Shown: piece after piece, positions 25,768 to 35,231 of the stretch
Layout: every line of letters begins with the position of its first letter
How positions within the stretch are numbered: position 1 is the stretch's first letter
Program-made: the position numbers and the translations under genes
The notes under the pieces: generated by a model
What the model was told of the DNA's origin: nothing
Seen by the model: only the letters and a program-made list of their open reading frames with translations
Database searches by the model: none
Assembly (NCBI GenBank): GCA_002840685.1
Contig: PHBU01000020.1
Span: 471-64,470, forward strand
DNA length: 64,000 nucleotides
Direction of reading: 5' to 3'
Source of the DNA: Chloroflexi bacterium HGW-Chloroflexi-6
GTDB taxonomy: Bacteria; Chloroflexota; Anaerolineae; Anaerolineales; Villigracilaceae

Positions 25768-25791
25768 AAACGCATTTTCAGGAGGTTCAAG

Positions 25792-26199
25792 ATGGAGTTC
25801 TTCAAACGTTTTTCCTGGCAACAAGTTGTTTTGGCGCTGGCTGGATTGGGCATCATCTCAAGCAGCGATCCAGATGCTGCGGTGATCAGCGTGGCGGCAA
25901 TGGTGATCGTTGCGCTCTTTGGCCTGGCTTCGAAAGCGCTGACCAAGCCGATCGGGCGTGGATGGTTGACGATCACGGTTTATGCGTTTGCCTTTGGCCT
26001 GGCAATGGTAGCCCACCCACCGGCAGGCGGTTTTCCGATTTGGACAGGCGACCCATCCATTTATATGGCACAACTGGCGGCTTTGCTGGCTGAATTTGGC
26101 GTTTATGCGATGGCCTTAACCGGTTCGGCGACGGTTCTCTACAACGCAATACTCAAGATCGTTGTGGATGCGATCGACGAGAAATTACTCAAAGGGTAA
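25792..26199 (+). CDS. Small 4-TM membrane protein (holin-like by topology only)
   Basis: Four hydrophobic segments. SD AGGAGG upstream. Confidence 0.5.
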   Translation: MEFFKRFSWQQVVLALAGLGIISSSDPDAAVISVAAMVIVALFGLASKALTKPIGRGWLTITVYAFAFGLAMVAHPPAGGFPIWTGDPSIYMAQLAALLAEFGVYAMALTGSATVLYNAILKIVVDAIDEKLLKG

Positions 26200-26202
26200 G
26201 CA

Positions 26203-26592
26203 ATGACACCAGCACCGTCCGCAGATATTTGGACGCAGTTTCCGATCATCGCCGTTTTGGTAATTTGCATTGTGATGGTTGCAGGTGCTTTTTACAAGCT
26301 GTGGAAAGACCTGATTGCCTGGCAAGAAAAGCAAAACGAAGCCAGAGATGCAGAGCGTGACAAGCAGCGCGAGTGGGAAGCTGCTCAGGCTAAAACACGT
26401 GATGCGCAATGGCAATCGTTTTTGCAAACGATGCAAAACCAGTGGCTTGCAAATGACAAGCGCAACAACGAGGTTTTAGAGCGGCTGGTTGACCGGATCG
26501 ATGAGCTGACGGTGTCGATCAACAACCACGATACTTTTGTGCGCGCATCGGGCATGGTGGCTGATCGCTCACGATCAGCGAGGAATAAGTAA
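26203..26592 (+). CDS. N-terminally anchored coiled-coil protein
   Basis: One TM (FPIIAVLVICIVMVAGAF) followed by a charged helix. Confidence 0.5.
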   Translation: MTPAPSADIWTQFPIIAVLVICIVMVAGAFYKLWKDLIAWQEKQNEARDAERDKQREWEAAQAKTRDAQWQSFLQTMQNQWLANDKRNNEVLERLVDRIDELTVSINNHDTFVRASGMVADRSRSARNK

Positions 26593-27227
26593 TGCCGATG
26601 CAAAAACCGGTTTTTATCTTGGGAGATGAAGCCCGACAACTTGCTCTTGATCTCGATTTGCCGGAGATCGAGATTGAGAATATTTCCGAAGAAGAAGCCC
26701 GGATGCGTCGAGAAACAGCCTGGCAAGCTCTAAAAGCGCTTCGATCCGCAAAAGAACCCCCTGCCTGGCTGGATGATGTTTTCAAACTTATCGAGTGGGG
26801 TTGGACCTGGCGGCAGGCAGCTTATATTGCCTGGTGCGCTTCTCCCAAGATAGGTCGGAAACCAGCGAATCAAGAAGATCTTGCCACGGATTACCTGGGG
26901 CTAAGCAGTGACAGGGCAATATCTACCTGGCGCAAACGGAACCCGGCCATCGAAGATGCAATCGGCCTTTTGCAAGCTGCACCGCTCTGGGAATCTCGTG
27001 CAGATGATTTTCGTGCGCTCGCTGAAGGAGCTGCAAAAGCAGGTGATGATTACAAGTTTTTCCCACACCTGAAGCTTAAGCTTGAAATGCGTGGTGATTA
27101 CGTTCCAAAGAGCGAATTGGAAGCCTTGCTTAAGCGCAAATCAGCTTCAGGCGCAGAGGTAATGAGCATCGAGGAACTTGAGCGACAAGCTGGGTATGAA
27201 GAGAACAGTAACGGAGGCGATGAATGA
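26592..27227 (+). CDS. Terminase small subunit-like protein, paralog 2
   Basis: Immediately upstream of TerL and overlapping it. Paralogous to the 23384-23995 protein. Confidence 0.6.
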   Translation: MPMQKPVFILGDEARQLALDLDLPEIEIENISEEEARMRRETAWQALKALRSAKEPPAWLDDVFKLIEWGWTWRQAAYIAWCASPKIGRKPANQEDLATDYLGLSSDRAISTWRKRNPAIEDAIGLLQAAPLWESRADDFRALAEGAAKAGDDYKFFPHLKLKLEMRGDYVPKSELEALLKRKSASGAEVMSIEELERQAGYEENSNGGDE

Positions 27228-28858
27228 TGCCTTCGCCAGCAAACACTCGCAGTCAGATCTCGCCCAAACAGGCCAGACAAGAATTGGCGCGGCGAGAGCT
27301 GTCAAAGCTGCGCTTTTTGGATTTCTGCCGCTACGTGGACCCGAAATTTCTGGCCGTGCCTCATGCCAAGTATGTGGCCAGCAAACTGGAGCAGGTAGCA
27401 CGCTACATCGAAACCAGTGGCAGGGAAGGGATCAGCCGTTTGATGATCCTGATGCCGCCTCGGCATGGCAAAACAGAGCAGGCATCCATCAAATTTCCGG
27501 CTTGGCTATTGGGGCGAGCGCCAGATAGCCGGGTAATCCTGACTTCCTACTCGGCAGACTTGGCCAGCCGCAACAGCCGTCAGATGCGCGAGCTGGTGGT
27601 TGGAGACCGATATCGGGCAGTTTTTGGCGATCGGAGCAGCCTGGAAGCACCGGTGATATTGAGTGCGGACAGTCGTAGTGTGGCAACCTGGGATCTTGCT
27701 CAGCCTCATCGAGGCGGAGTAATTGCAGCTGGTATCGGTGGTTCTATCACTGGCATGGGTGCAACTTTGTTGGTGGTCGACGATCCGTTGAAAGGACGCC
27801 AGGAGGCAGAAAGCCAAGGTAGGCGAGATGATGTTGATGAGTGGTATCGCTCAGTTGCTTACAACCGCTTGGAGGCACATGGCGCGATCATTGTTTTCCA
27901 CACAAGGTGGCATCCAGATGATCTGGCCGGGCGTCTGATTCGGCGCATGGCCCAGGATGAGCGTGCTGATCAGTGGGAGATTGTATTTCTTCCTGCTCTG
28001 GCTCTGGATAGTTACCCAGCTAATGCTCAGGAACAACGCGATTTCATGCTGGATGGCATATACATGCCACTCTCCGATCCGCTCGAACGCAAGCCTGGCG
28101 AGGCTCTTTGGCCATCCCGATTCCATGCTGAATGGTTGGAAAAGAAAAAACTAAATATTGACTTGTATGAGTTTGAGAGCCAGTACCAACAAAACCCTTA
28201 TTCGCGTGAGGGCGGCTTTTTCAAACGAGAGTGGTTCACGATCGTTGATAGTGGTCCGGGCGACAAGGTACTTCAAAAAACATTCCAAGATGGAACCAGG
28301 TTGGTAGCGCGCGTTCGATATTGGGATAAAGCTGCCAGTAAAAACGGTGACTTTACTGCAGGTGCGCTGTGCAGCATCGGGGAAGATGGTTTTTTCTACA
28401 TCGAGCATGTCTTCCGCTCTCAGATGACCCCAGGAGAACGCGATAAAACAATCGCGGAAATCGGGGTGGAAGACTATCAGAACTATGGTCCTTTCATCAT
28501 TTGCCACCAGCAAGATCCAGGCTCGGCAGGAGTGGATAGCGCTCAGGCAACCAACTCTCAGCTTGCCGATTACGGACTATGGGCAACCTTTGAACCCATC
28601 AGCGGTGACAAAGTTGTTCGAGCTGGACCGTTGGCATCGAAGATGCAAAGTGGGCGCATCCGCCTTGTGCGAGGCGCGTGGAATCAGGCTTTTATTGACG
28701 AATGCACAGCGTTTCCAAACGGCAGAAATGATGACCAGGTTGATGCGGGAGCAAGCAGCCTAAGCAAGTTACTGGAAATATTGGAAGCGATCGCAGCCCA
28801 GGAAGAAACCGAGGATGTTGTTGTTTATCAGGAGCGGGTGGAAATCTCCCCGATGTAA
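27224..28858 (+). CDS. Terminase large subunit
   Basis: Walker A-like PPRHGKT and Walker B LLVVDDPLKG. C-terminal nuclease acidic residues (DDQVDA). Size and position fit. Confidence 0.8.
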   Translation: MMPSPANTRSQISPKQARQELARRELSKLRFLDFCRYVDPKFLAVPHAKYVASKLEQVARYIETSGREGISRLMILMPPRHGKTEQASIKFPAWLLGRAPDSRVILTSYSADLASRNSRQMRELVVGDRYRAVFGDRSSLEAPVILSADSRSVATWDLAQPHRGGVIAAGIGGSITGMGATLLVVDDPLKGRQEAESQGRRDDVDEWYRSVAYNRLEAHGAIIVFHTRWHPDDLAGRLIRRMAQDERADQWEIVFLPALALDSYPANAQEQRDFMLDGIYMPLSDPLERKPGEALWPSRFHAEWLEKKKLNIDLYEFESQYQQNPYSREGGFFKREWFTIVDSGPGDKVLQKTFQDGTRLVARVRYWDKAASKNGDFTAGALCSIGEDGFFYIEHVFRSQMTPGERDKTIAEIGVEDYQNYGPFIICHQQDPGSAGVDSAQATNSQLADYGLWATFEPISGDKVVRAGPLASKMQSGRIRLVRGAWNQAFIDECTAFPNGRNDDQVDAGASSLSKLLEILEAIAAQEETEDVVVYQERVEISPM

Positions 28859-28860
28859 TC

Positions 28861-30495
28861 ATGAACGATTTGAGAGAAACGATTATCGAGCGAGTAACGG
28901 GCATTCCGCTGGGTGAGATGCGCCAAGAAAATGCCAATCTGCGGGAGCAGGTTGGTCAGTTGGACAATACCCTGGAGTTTATGCAAGAGGGAATGGCCGA
29001 GTTAGAGTTGGCGCTCGAAGATCTGAATTACATCCGCTTGTCTGCAGATAGCGAGCAGGAGTTCAGCCGGAATGGGCTGGATAAGATTGTCGACTTGTCG
29101 CGGTTGATGTATGTCAAAAACCCGCTGATCAAGCGCCAGGTGCAGGTTAAGTCGTTGTACGTTTGGGCCCAGGGCATCAATGTACGAGCCAAGAACCCGG
29201 AAATTAACAAAGTTTTGCAGGCTTTCTGGGATGACGAAAAGAATCGTGCAGAGCTCACAAGCCACCAGGCTCGGATGTTGAAAGAAGTTGATCTGCAAGT
29301 AGATGGCAATCTGTTCTTTGTATTTTTCGTGCGCCCATCCGATGGACGGGTACGGGTGCGCTCAATTCCGATGAACGAGATTCGTGAGATTGTCTGCGAT
29401 CCAAACGATGCGAAGAGTCCGTGGTTTTACCTGCGGAAATGGAAGGAAACAAAAATCAATCCGCAGACCGGTCGCAAGAACACCACACAACGCCAGGCAT
29501 ATTACCCGGGCTGGCAATACAACCCCAAGGTGAAACCCAGCAAATTTGGCAGCATTGAAGTGCGTTGGAATGAGCCGGTTTATCACGTGCGGATTGGTGG
29601 TTTCTCTGACTGGAAATTTGGCCTGGGAGAAGTTTATGCAGGTATCGATTGGGCCAGAGCCTACAAAGGATTTTTAGAGGATTGGGCCAGCCTGACCAAA
29701 TCTCTGAGCAAGATCGCCTGGAAGATGACCACCCCTGGTGGAAAAAAAGGCATCTTGGCAGCGAAAGTCAAACTTGGCACCACCCTGGGATCACCACCTT
29801 CTGGAGCGGAAACCAATCCTGCCCCAACCACCGGTAGTGCGTTTATCGGCGGCCAGGGCGTGGATCTTCAACCTATGAATATCAGAGGGGCGAATGTTAG
29901 CGCAGATGATGGCAGGCGTTTGTTGCTCATGGCTGCAGCGGGTGCAGGCTTACCCGAAACTTACTATGGCGATGTGAGCGTAGGCACGCTGGCCACAGCA
30001 AAAACAATGGACCGGCCTACTGAGTTGATGATGCTCGAGCGCCAGACCATGTGGATCGATGTTCTTCGTAACATCTTTAATTTTGTGCTGATGTGGTCCG
30101 TCAAAGCAACTTCTGGGGCATTGAACAAACTCGGCACGGTAACAGAACTTCCAGATGACGATGAAGTCGAGCTCAAGCTGGCCTGGAACAAGGATGTTAA
30201 GGCCATGCTCGACATTGATTTCCCGCCCATCCTTGAGCACGACATGCAAGCCGCGGTACAGGCCGTTGTCACAGCCCTGACTCTGAACGGGCAGGATATC
30301 CGCCTCCTGGATGAACCCCAGGGAACACGCCTGATATTGAATGCCCTCGGTGTCGATGATGTGGACGAGATCATGACCGAGATGTTCCCGGATGAAACCA
30401 ACAGCGTTACCAGCAGCGAGGCGCGGATCGGCGTTGTGATTCGCAAGATCGCCGAAGCGCTGCGCAAGCAGCATGTGGAGGTCAACGATGGATGA
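28861..30495 (+). CDS. Portal protein
   Basis: 544 aa, directly after TerL and before the gp7-like head morphogenesis gene. Confidence 0.7.
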   Translation: MNDLRETIIERVTGIPLGEMRQENANLREQVGQLDNTLEFMQEGMAELELALEDLNYIRLSADSEQEFSRNGLDKIVDLSRLMYVKNPLIKRQVQVKSLYVWAQGINVRAKNPEINKVLQAFWDDEKNRAELTSHQARMLKEVDLQVDGNLFFVFFVRPSDGRVRVRSIPMNEIREIVCDPNDAKSPWFYLRKWKETKINPQTGRKNTTQRQAYYPGWQYNPKVKPSKFGSIEVRWNEPVYHVRIGGFSDWKFGLGEVYAGIDWARAYKGFLEDWASLTKSLSKIAWKMTTPGGKKGILAAKVKLGTTLGSPPSGAETNPAPTTGSAFIGGQGVDLQPMNIRGANVSADDGRRLLLMAAAGAGLPETYYGDVSVGTLATAKTMDRPTELMMLERQTMWIDVLRNIFNFVLMWSVKATSGALNKLGTVTELPDDDEVELKLAWNKDVKAMLDIDFPPILEHDMQAAVQAVVTALTLNGQDIRLLDEPQGTRLILNALGVDDVDEIMTEMFPDETNSVTSSEARIGVVIRKIAEALRKQHVEVNDG

Positions 30496-31345
30496 ATTGG
30501 ATGTCTTGATCCTGGAGTTGGATGAAGCTGTCAAACGTGGTGCGAACAAGGCCAAGGCTGAGCGAATGGTAAGGCCACTCGAACTGGCGATGCGCAAGGG
30601 ATTCAGGCTGCAGGGCAGCCTATTTGTGCGCAAGTTGCGCACCCTGAAAGCAAAGTTTTCAGAAAGCACAAGCAATGACCCATGGGAGGCTCATGCTCTG
30701 CTATTGGAAGCTGCATTTAAAGAAGCGGTCACCCCTGCTGATTGGCAAAAGGCTTGGTACGAGGTTGAGCAGGCAACTCTTAAGCTGTTCTCTGCCCCGA
30801 TAGAGAAGGCCGTTAAGAAAGCTCTAGAGATTGGCGCGCTGGCTCAGATCGCAGACCTGGGATTGGGCATCAAGTGGGATCTAAAGAATCCGAGCGCCCT
30901 GGGCTATCTGGATAACTATGGTGCGGCGATGGTGACCAATATCAACGAAACCACGCGCGATATTTTGCAAACCCTGATCAGTCAGGCAGCCGAAGAAGGC
31001 TGGTCTTACCAGCGCACAGCGGAAGCGATTACCGAACGCTTCGAGCAATTCGCAGTGGGCAAGCCGCAGGAACACATTGACAGTCGGGCGCACCTGGTGG
31101 CCGTGACAGAGATCGGCAATGCGTACACCGAGGGCAACCTGATTGTCGCGCGTGACTTGGCCGAGGCTGGAATCGGTGTTGAAAAAGCCTGGGATACCGT
31201 TGGGGATGGCAAAGTCAGCGAAGGTTGCTTAGAAAACCAGGATGCAGGCTGGATCGATGTCAACGATGTATTTCCCAGCGGGCACCAACGCCCACTGCGT
31301 TTTCCGGGGTGCAGGTGTGACCTGTTGACCCGAATCAAGCAATAG
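30488..31345 (+). CDS. Head morphogenesis protein (SPP1 gp7 / Mu F-like)
   Basis: The C-terminal motif HQRPLRFPGCRCDL resembles the PNCRC signature of this family. SD GGAGG lies 6 nt before the ATG at 30488. Confidence 0.7.
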   Translation: MDELDVLILELDEAVKRGANKAKAERMVRPLELAMRKGFRLQGSLFVRKLRTLKAKFSESTSNDPWEAHALLLEAAFKEAVTPADWQKAWYEVEQATLKLFSAPIEKAVKKALEIGALAQIADLGLGIKWDLKNPSALGYLDNYGAAMVTNINETTRDILQTLISQAAEEGWSYQRTAEAITERFEQFAVGKPQEHIDSRAHLVAVTEIGNAYTEGNLIVARDLAEAGIGVEKAWDTVGDGKVSEGCLENQDAGWIDVNDVFPSGHQRPLRFPGCRCDLLTRIKQ

Positions 31346-31353
31346 GAGGTCCG

Positions 31354-32859
31354 ATGAAGGATTTTAGATTGTTGTTGGAAGCGGCAACCGTTAAAGCTAG
31401 GGCGCAGGCTGCAGCCAAGGCGCTGAAGTTGCTTCTGGCAGATAAAGCGCTGCCGGACGATATGCGCAAGTCAGTGGAGAGCCTGCACTCTGCGCTGAAG
31501 AAAAAGTGGTCTGATCTGGAGTCTGGTACGGAATCAGCTCATCCCCCAGATAGCCAGGATAAGCCCATGAATGAAGCATCGAACATGGGAGATTGGGCCT
31601 TCGCGCGGATGCACACAGACATGGTCATGCGTGTGGATGACATGCTTGCATCGGACCGGATCAATTTCGATGAATATCGAGCAGCTTTGCAAGCTGTAGA
31701 GATGGCAGCCGGTACGTTTCGGGCGATCCTAAATACCAGCGCGCCCAGCATTTTCTCACGTGGCCCTTGGGATTATGCAACTGAAACGTCGGTCATCAAC
31801 CAGAGTGAAAGCGTTGGTGGCGGACAGATCGGGGATGATCTTGTCGGGGATACGGTTGAGTTGCTCGAAAAAGCTGTGCGGAGAGATGGCACCATCCCGA
31901 TCAAGGTTATCCAGCCAGGTTGGGGTTCTTCCGGCTACTACCCAGCTGAAGTTCTGGAGCGAGATGGACCGCGGGTCTTTGCCAAAGGTCTGCACATGTA
32001 TTGGGATCACCCTACCCAAAGAGAAGAAGCCGAACGACCGGAGCGAGAACTGGATGATCTTGCAGCAGTACTGACAAGTGATGCCTACTGGCAAGAAAAT
32101 GGCCCAAAAGGTCCGGGCCTGTATGCCGATGCATTGGTCATGGAGCATTATCGCAACAAAGTAAATGATTTGGCCCCGCATATTGGCGTGAGCATCCGTG
32201 CGTTTGGAACTGCCAAACAAGGTGAGGCTGAAGGCAAGCAGGGACCGGTCGTTGATGCGCTCACAGCTGGGCGCTCAGTTGATTTTGTTACCGCTGCCGG
32301 TGCCGGTGGCGAAATCATCACAATGTTCGAATCTGCGCGGAAACCCCGCGTTGTTTCAGCCACGTCTACTGGAGACGTGAGCATTCAAAAACCCCTTGAG
32401 GAGGTAGCAAAAATGGACCAACTGCAACAACTGCAGGAAGCCAATGCCACGCTCCAGGCCCAACTGGACGAGGCGAAGAATGCCAATGCACGTGCGCAAG
32501 AAGCGCTGGTTTTGCGTGAGGCAAAAGATCATGTCAATGCGGCTCTGGCCAAAACTGACCTGCCCGCGATCACTCGCACACGCCTGGCCAAGAACCTGGC
32601 TGAAGCTGCGCCGGTGAAGGATGGTGCCTTGGATAAGGTTGCCTTTGAGACCCAGATAACTGAAGCCGTGAAGGCCGAGGTGCAGTATCTGGTGGAAGCC
32701 GCTGGTCTGGGCCGCATCCGCGGCATGGGCGGCAGCAACGAGGATGAAGCCAGTGATGAGATTGATGCCAGTGAGGCAGAACAATCTTTACTGGAATCGT
32801 TCCAAACCCTCGGCCTGAGCGAAAGCGGCGCGAAAGTTGCCGCGGCTGGCCGCAAATAA
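31354..32859 (+). CDS. Capsid scaffolding / maturation protease-like protein
   Basis: Lies between the head morphogenesis and capsid genes. The C-terminal third is coiled coil (QLQQLQEANATLQAQLDEAKN). Confidence 0.5.
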   Translation: MKDFRLLLEAATVKARAQAAAKALKLLLADKALPDDMRKSVESLHSALKKKWSDLESGTESAHPPDSQDKPMNEASNMGDWAFARMHTDMVMRVDDMLASDRINFDEYRAALQAVEMAAGTFRAILNTSAPSIFSRGPWDYATETSVINQSESVGGGQIGDDLVGDTVELLEKAVRRDGTIPIKVIQPGWGSSGYYPAEVLERDGPRVFAKGLHMYWDHPTQREEAERPERELDDLAAVLTSDAYWQENGPKGPGLYADALVMEHYRNKVNDLAPHIGVSIRAFGTAKQGEAEGKQGPVVDALTAGRSVDFVTAAGAGGEIITMFESARKPRVVSATSTGDVSIQKPLEEVAKMDQLQQLQEANATLQAQLDEAKNANARAQEALVLREAKDHVNAALAKTDLPAITRTRLAKNLAEAAPVKDGALDKVAFETQITEAVKAEVQYLVEAAGLGRIRGMGGSNEDEASDEIDASEAEQSLLESFQTLGLSESGAKVAAAGRK

Positions 32860-32874
32860 ACAAGAAGGTGAGAC

Positions 32875-33231
32875 ATGGCAAAAAACCTGATTTACAACGG
32901 CTGTGACGGACTGGCTGTAACCTGCTCCGATCCGGCCACCCCAGTAAGTGGCGATCCGGTACGCTTTGGCGAAAAGTGCGGTGTTGCCCTGGATGCCGAA
33001 CAGGCTGACGGCAAAACGGTCGTGGATTTCACCCAAGGCCATGTTTACGATCTGTCAGTTAAGGCCATTGACGGCGTTGGTAACTCTGCGGTCGCTTTTG
33101 GCGACAAAATCTATTATGTCGACGCGGATACCCCGAAGCTCTCGAAGAAAAATACAGGGCGCTTATTTGGGTATGCGTGGGAAACCGTCACAAGTGGCGG
33201 CACTGACACCATCCAAGTGATGCTGGCATAG
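32875..33231 (+). CDS. Small head protein (decoration/DUF2190-like)
   Basis: 118 aa, Gly/Val-rich, immediately upstream of the major capsid gene. Confidence 0.4.
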   Translation: MAKNLIYNGCDGLAVTCSDPATPVSGDPVRFGEKCGVALDAEQADGKTVVDFTQGHVYDLSVKAIDGVGNSAVAFGDKIYYVDADTPKLSKKNTGRLFGYAWETVTSGGTDTIQVMLA

Positions 33232-33248
33232 TCCAGCAGGAGAAGAAC

Positions 33249-34406
33249 ATGGAACTACTCGAATTAGTTGAAAGTATTCGCGCCGAGGAAGCCAGCGTGC
33301 AGCGCCTGTTCCAAGGCGAGGGCACCGGCATTCGGCATGGCAACTTACGCCAGCGCCAGGATTACCAGCAGCGCCTGGCCGAAGCTGCGAAATTTATGGC
33401 CGATATTGTCAAGGGCCGTCGCTCGATGCGCCAGCTTCAGGAAGCGATGACGACCAGCGATTTCCCTTATCTCTTCGGCGATATCCTGGATCGCCAGGTG
33501 CTGGCATCCTATCGTGAGGCGGGGGCAACGTATCGCAATTACGTCAAAATGTCCCGGGTGCGCGATTTCCGCACGGTCAAGCGTTTCAGTGTTTATGGCG
33601 CTGACCAGATTTTGCCGGGGGTCAAGCAAAAGGAAGAGTATCCGATCGATAAGATGGAAGAAAACTCTCCCTTCACTTACTCAGTAAGCAAATTCGGGCG
33701 CAAGCTTGGTTTGACCTGGGAAACGTTCGTCAATGATGATCTCGATAGCTTGACCGACATGCCTGTGCGGCTGGGTCGCGCGGCTCGCCGCAGCGAACAG
33801 AAGTTCGTTACCCAACTGCATGTGGATGCCAATGGGCCACATGCCTCGTTTTACACGGTTGGCAATAAGAACATCGTGACCGGGAACCCAGCGCTCTCCA
33901 TAGCTGGCTTGACCACCGCTCTGGAGAAGTTGACTGAGCAGGTGGATGAAAAAGGCGAGCCGATTGTGATCGAGATGGTTGAGTTGGTTGTACCGCCCAG
34001 CCTGGAAGTGACGGCTCAGAACATCTTGAATGCGCTTCAGATTGAGTACACCGAAAAAGGTGGCACATCAAATCAGAAGATCACATCTGCGAATTGGATG
34101 AAAAACAAGTTCCGGTTGAATGTCGATCACTACATCCCGCTGGTGGCAAGTTCTGCCAACGGAAAAACCAGCTGGTTCTTGTTCGGCAACCCGGACAATG
34201 GTCGCCCTGCGCTCGAACTGGGCCACCTGATCGGGCATGAAGAGCCGGAAATCTTTATGAAGGCTCCCAATTCGGTACGCGCGAGTGGCGGCTCGGAAGA
34301 GTTCGACTTTGACACCGATACCCGTGAATACAAGGTTCGGCATGTCTTTGGCGGTTCTCGTCTGGACCCGAAGATGACGCAGGCCAGCAACGGCAGCGGC
34401 AGTTAG
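33249..34406 (+). CDS. Major capsid protein
   Basis: 385 aa. Canonical position after the scaffold and before the connector genes. Confidence 0.7.
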   Translation: MELLELVESIRAEEASVQRLFQGEGTGIRHGNLRQRQDYQQRLAEAAKFMADIVKGRRSMRQLQEAMTTSDFPYLFGDILDRQVLASYREAGATYRNYVKMSRVRDFRTVKRFSVYGADQILPGVKQKEEYPIDKMEENSPFTYSVSKFGRKLGLTWETFVNDDLDSLTDMPVRLGRAARRSEQKFVTQLHVDANGPHASFYTVGNKNIVTGNPALSIAGLTTALEKLTEQVDEKGEPIVIEMVELVVPPSLEVTAQNILNALQIEYTEKGGTSNQKITSANWMKNKFRLNVDHYIPLVASSANGKTSWFLFGNPDNGRPALELGHLIGHEEPEIFMKAPNSVRASGGSEEFDFDTDTREYKVRHVFGGSRLDPKMTQASNGSGS

Positions 34407-34479
34407 TTGTCAGCATACAGACCCTTCCCCTGGGCGCATAGTTCGATAGCGTCCAGGGGAAGGGAGAGAGAGTTGAACA

Positions 34480-34866
34480 ATGACCTATACCTACGATCCC
34501 ACAACCAGTATTGGCAAGATGCGCATGATCATCCAGGACAAGGATGAGCAAAACGTTTTCTTCCAGGACGAGGAGCTTCAGGCATTTTTGGATATGGCCA
34601 GCGATGTTCGCCGCGCGGCGGCGGATGCATTAGAGAGCATGGCCAGCAATCAGGTCATGGTGTTGAAAGTTGTTCGGACCCTGTCCCTGTCTACCGATGG
34701 TGCAGCCACAGCTCGTGCGCTGAGAGAGCACGCTAAAATCCTGCGCGATCAAGCAGATCTTGCTGATGCCGGTGATGGCGGTTTGTTCGAGATCGCCGAG
34801 TTTGCCGGCGATGTGTTCACCCAGCGGGAACGCATTTGGAACCAAATGTTGCGAGGCGAGCTGTAA
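34480..34866 (+). CDS. Head-tail connector protein (putative)
   Basis: Size and position only. Confidence 0.45.
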   Translation: MTYTYDPTTSIGKMRMIIQDKDEQNVFFQDEELQAFLDMASDVRRAAADALESMASNQVMVLKVVRTLSLSTDGAATARALREHAKILRDQADLADAGDGGLFEIAEFAGDVFTQRERIWNQMLRGEL

Positions 34867-35231
34867 TGGTGAGCCGTTTGATCCACCCACGCCTGATGCA
34901 AACGCTGGAGCGCGATTTCTTCGCGCAAGCCTGCACCATCCGCCAGCCGGTAAAAAGCAGCAATGCAATCGGCGGCGAGGTGCGGAGTTACAGCGATCTG
35001 CCTGGTCACAACGGGCTGGCCTGCCACGTGGCCCCGGCCCAGGGTGGAGAGCGGCGCACTGAACAGCAGGTTTATCTGGATGCGACCCACATCATCATGC
35101 TGAATGCCGCGTATCGGCAAATCACCGAAGAAATGCAGGCGGTCGTCGACGGCGTTTCCTACGATATCCTGCTGGCGACCCCGGACAGCCAGAATGTGCT
35201 GACTGAATTGACCGTGAGGTTGGTGCGATGA
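34866..35231 (+). CDS. Head-tail adaptor / head closure protein
   Basis: The start at 34866 overlaps the previous stop (TAATG). The pattern (..GGEVRSY...THIIMLNAAY..) resembles the head-tail joining family. Confidence 0.5.
   Translation: MVSRLIHPRLMQTLERDFFAQACTIRQPVKSSNAIGGEVRSYSDLPGHNGLACHVAPAQGGERRTEQQVYLDATHIIMLNAAYRQITEEMQAVVDGVSYDILLATPDSQNVLTELTVRLVR

Noticed and set aside
29950-30675. 241-aa and 173-aa minus-strand ORFs inside the portal gene.
   Set aside because: They are antisense to an uninterrupted, translationally coupled structural operon and have no motifs.
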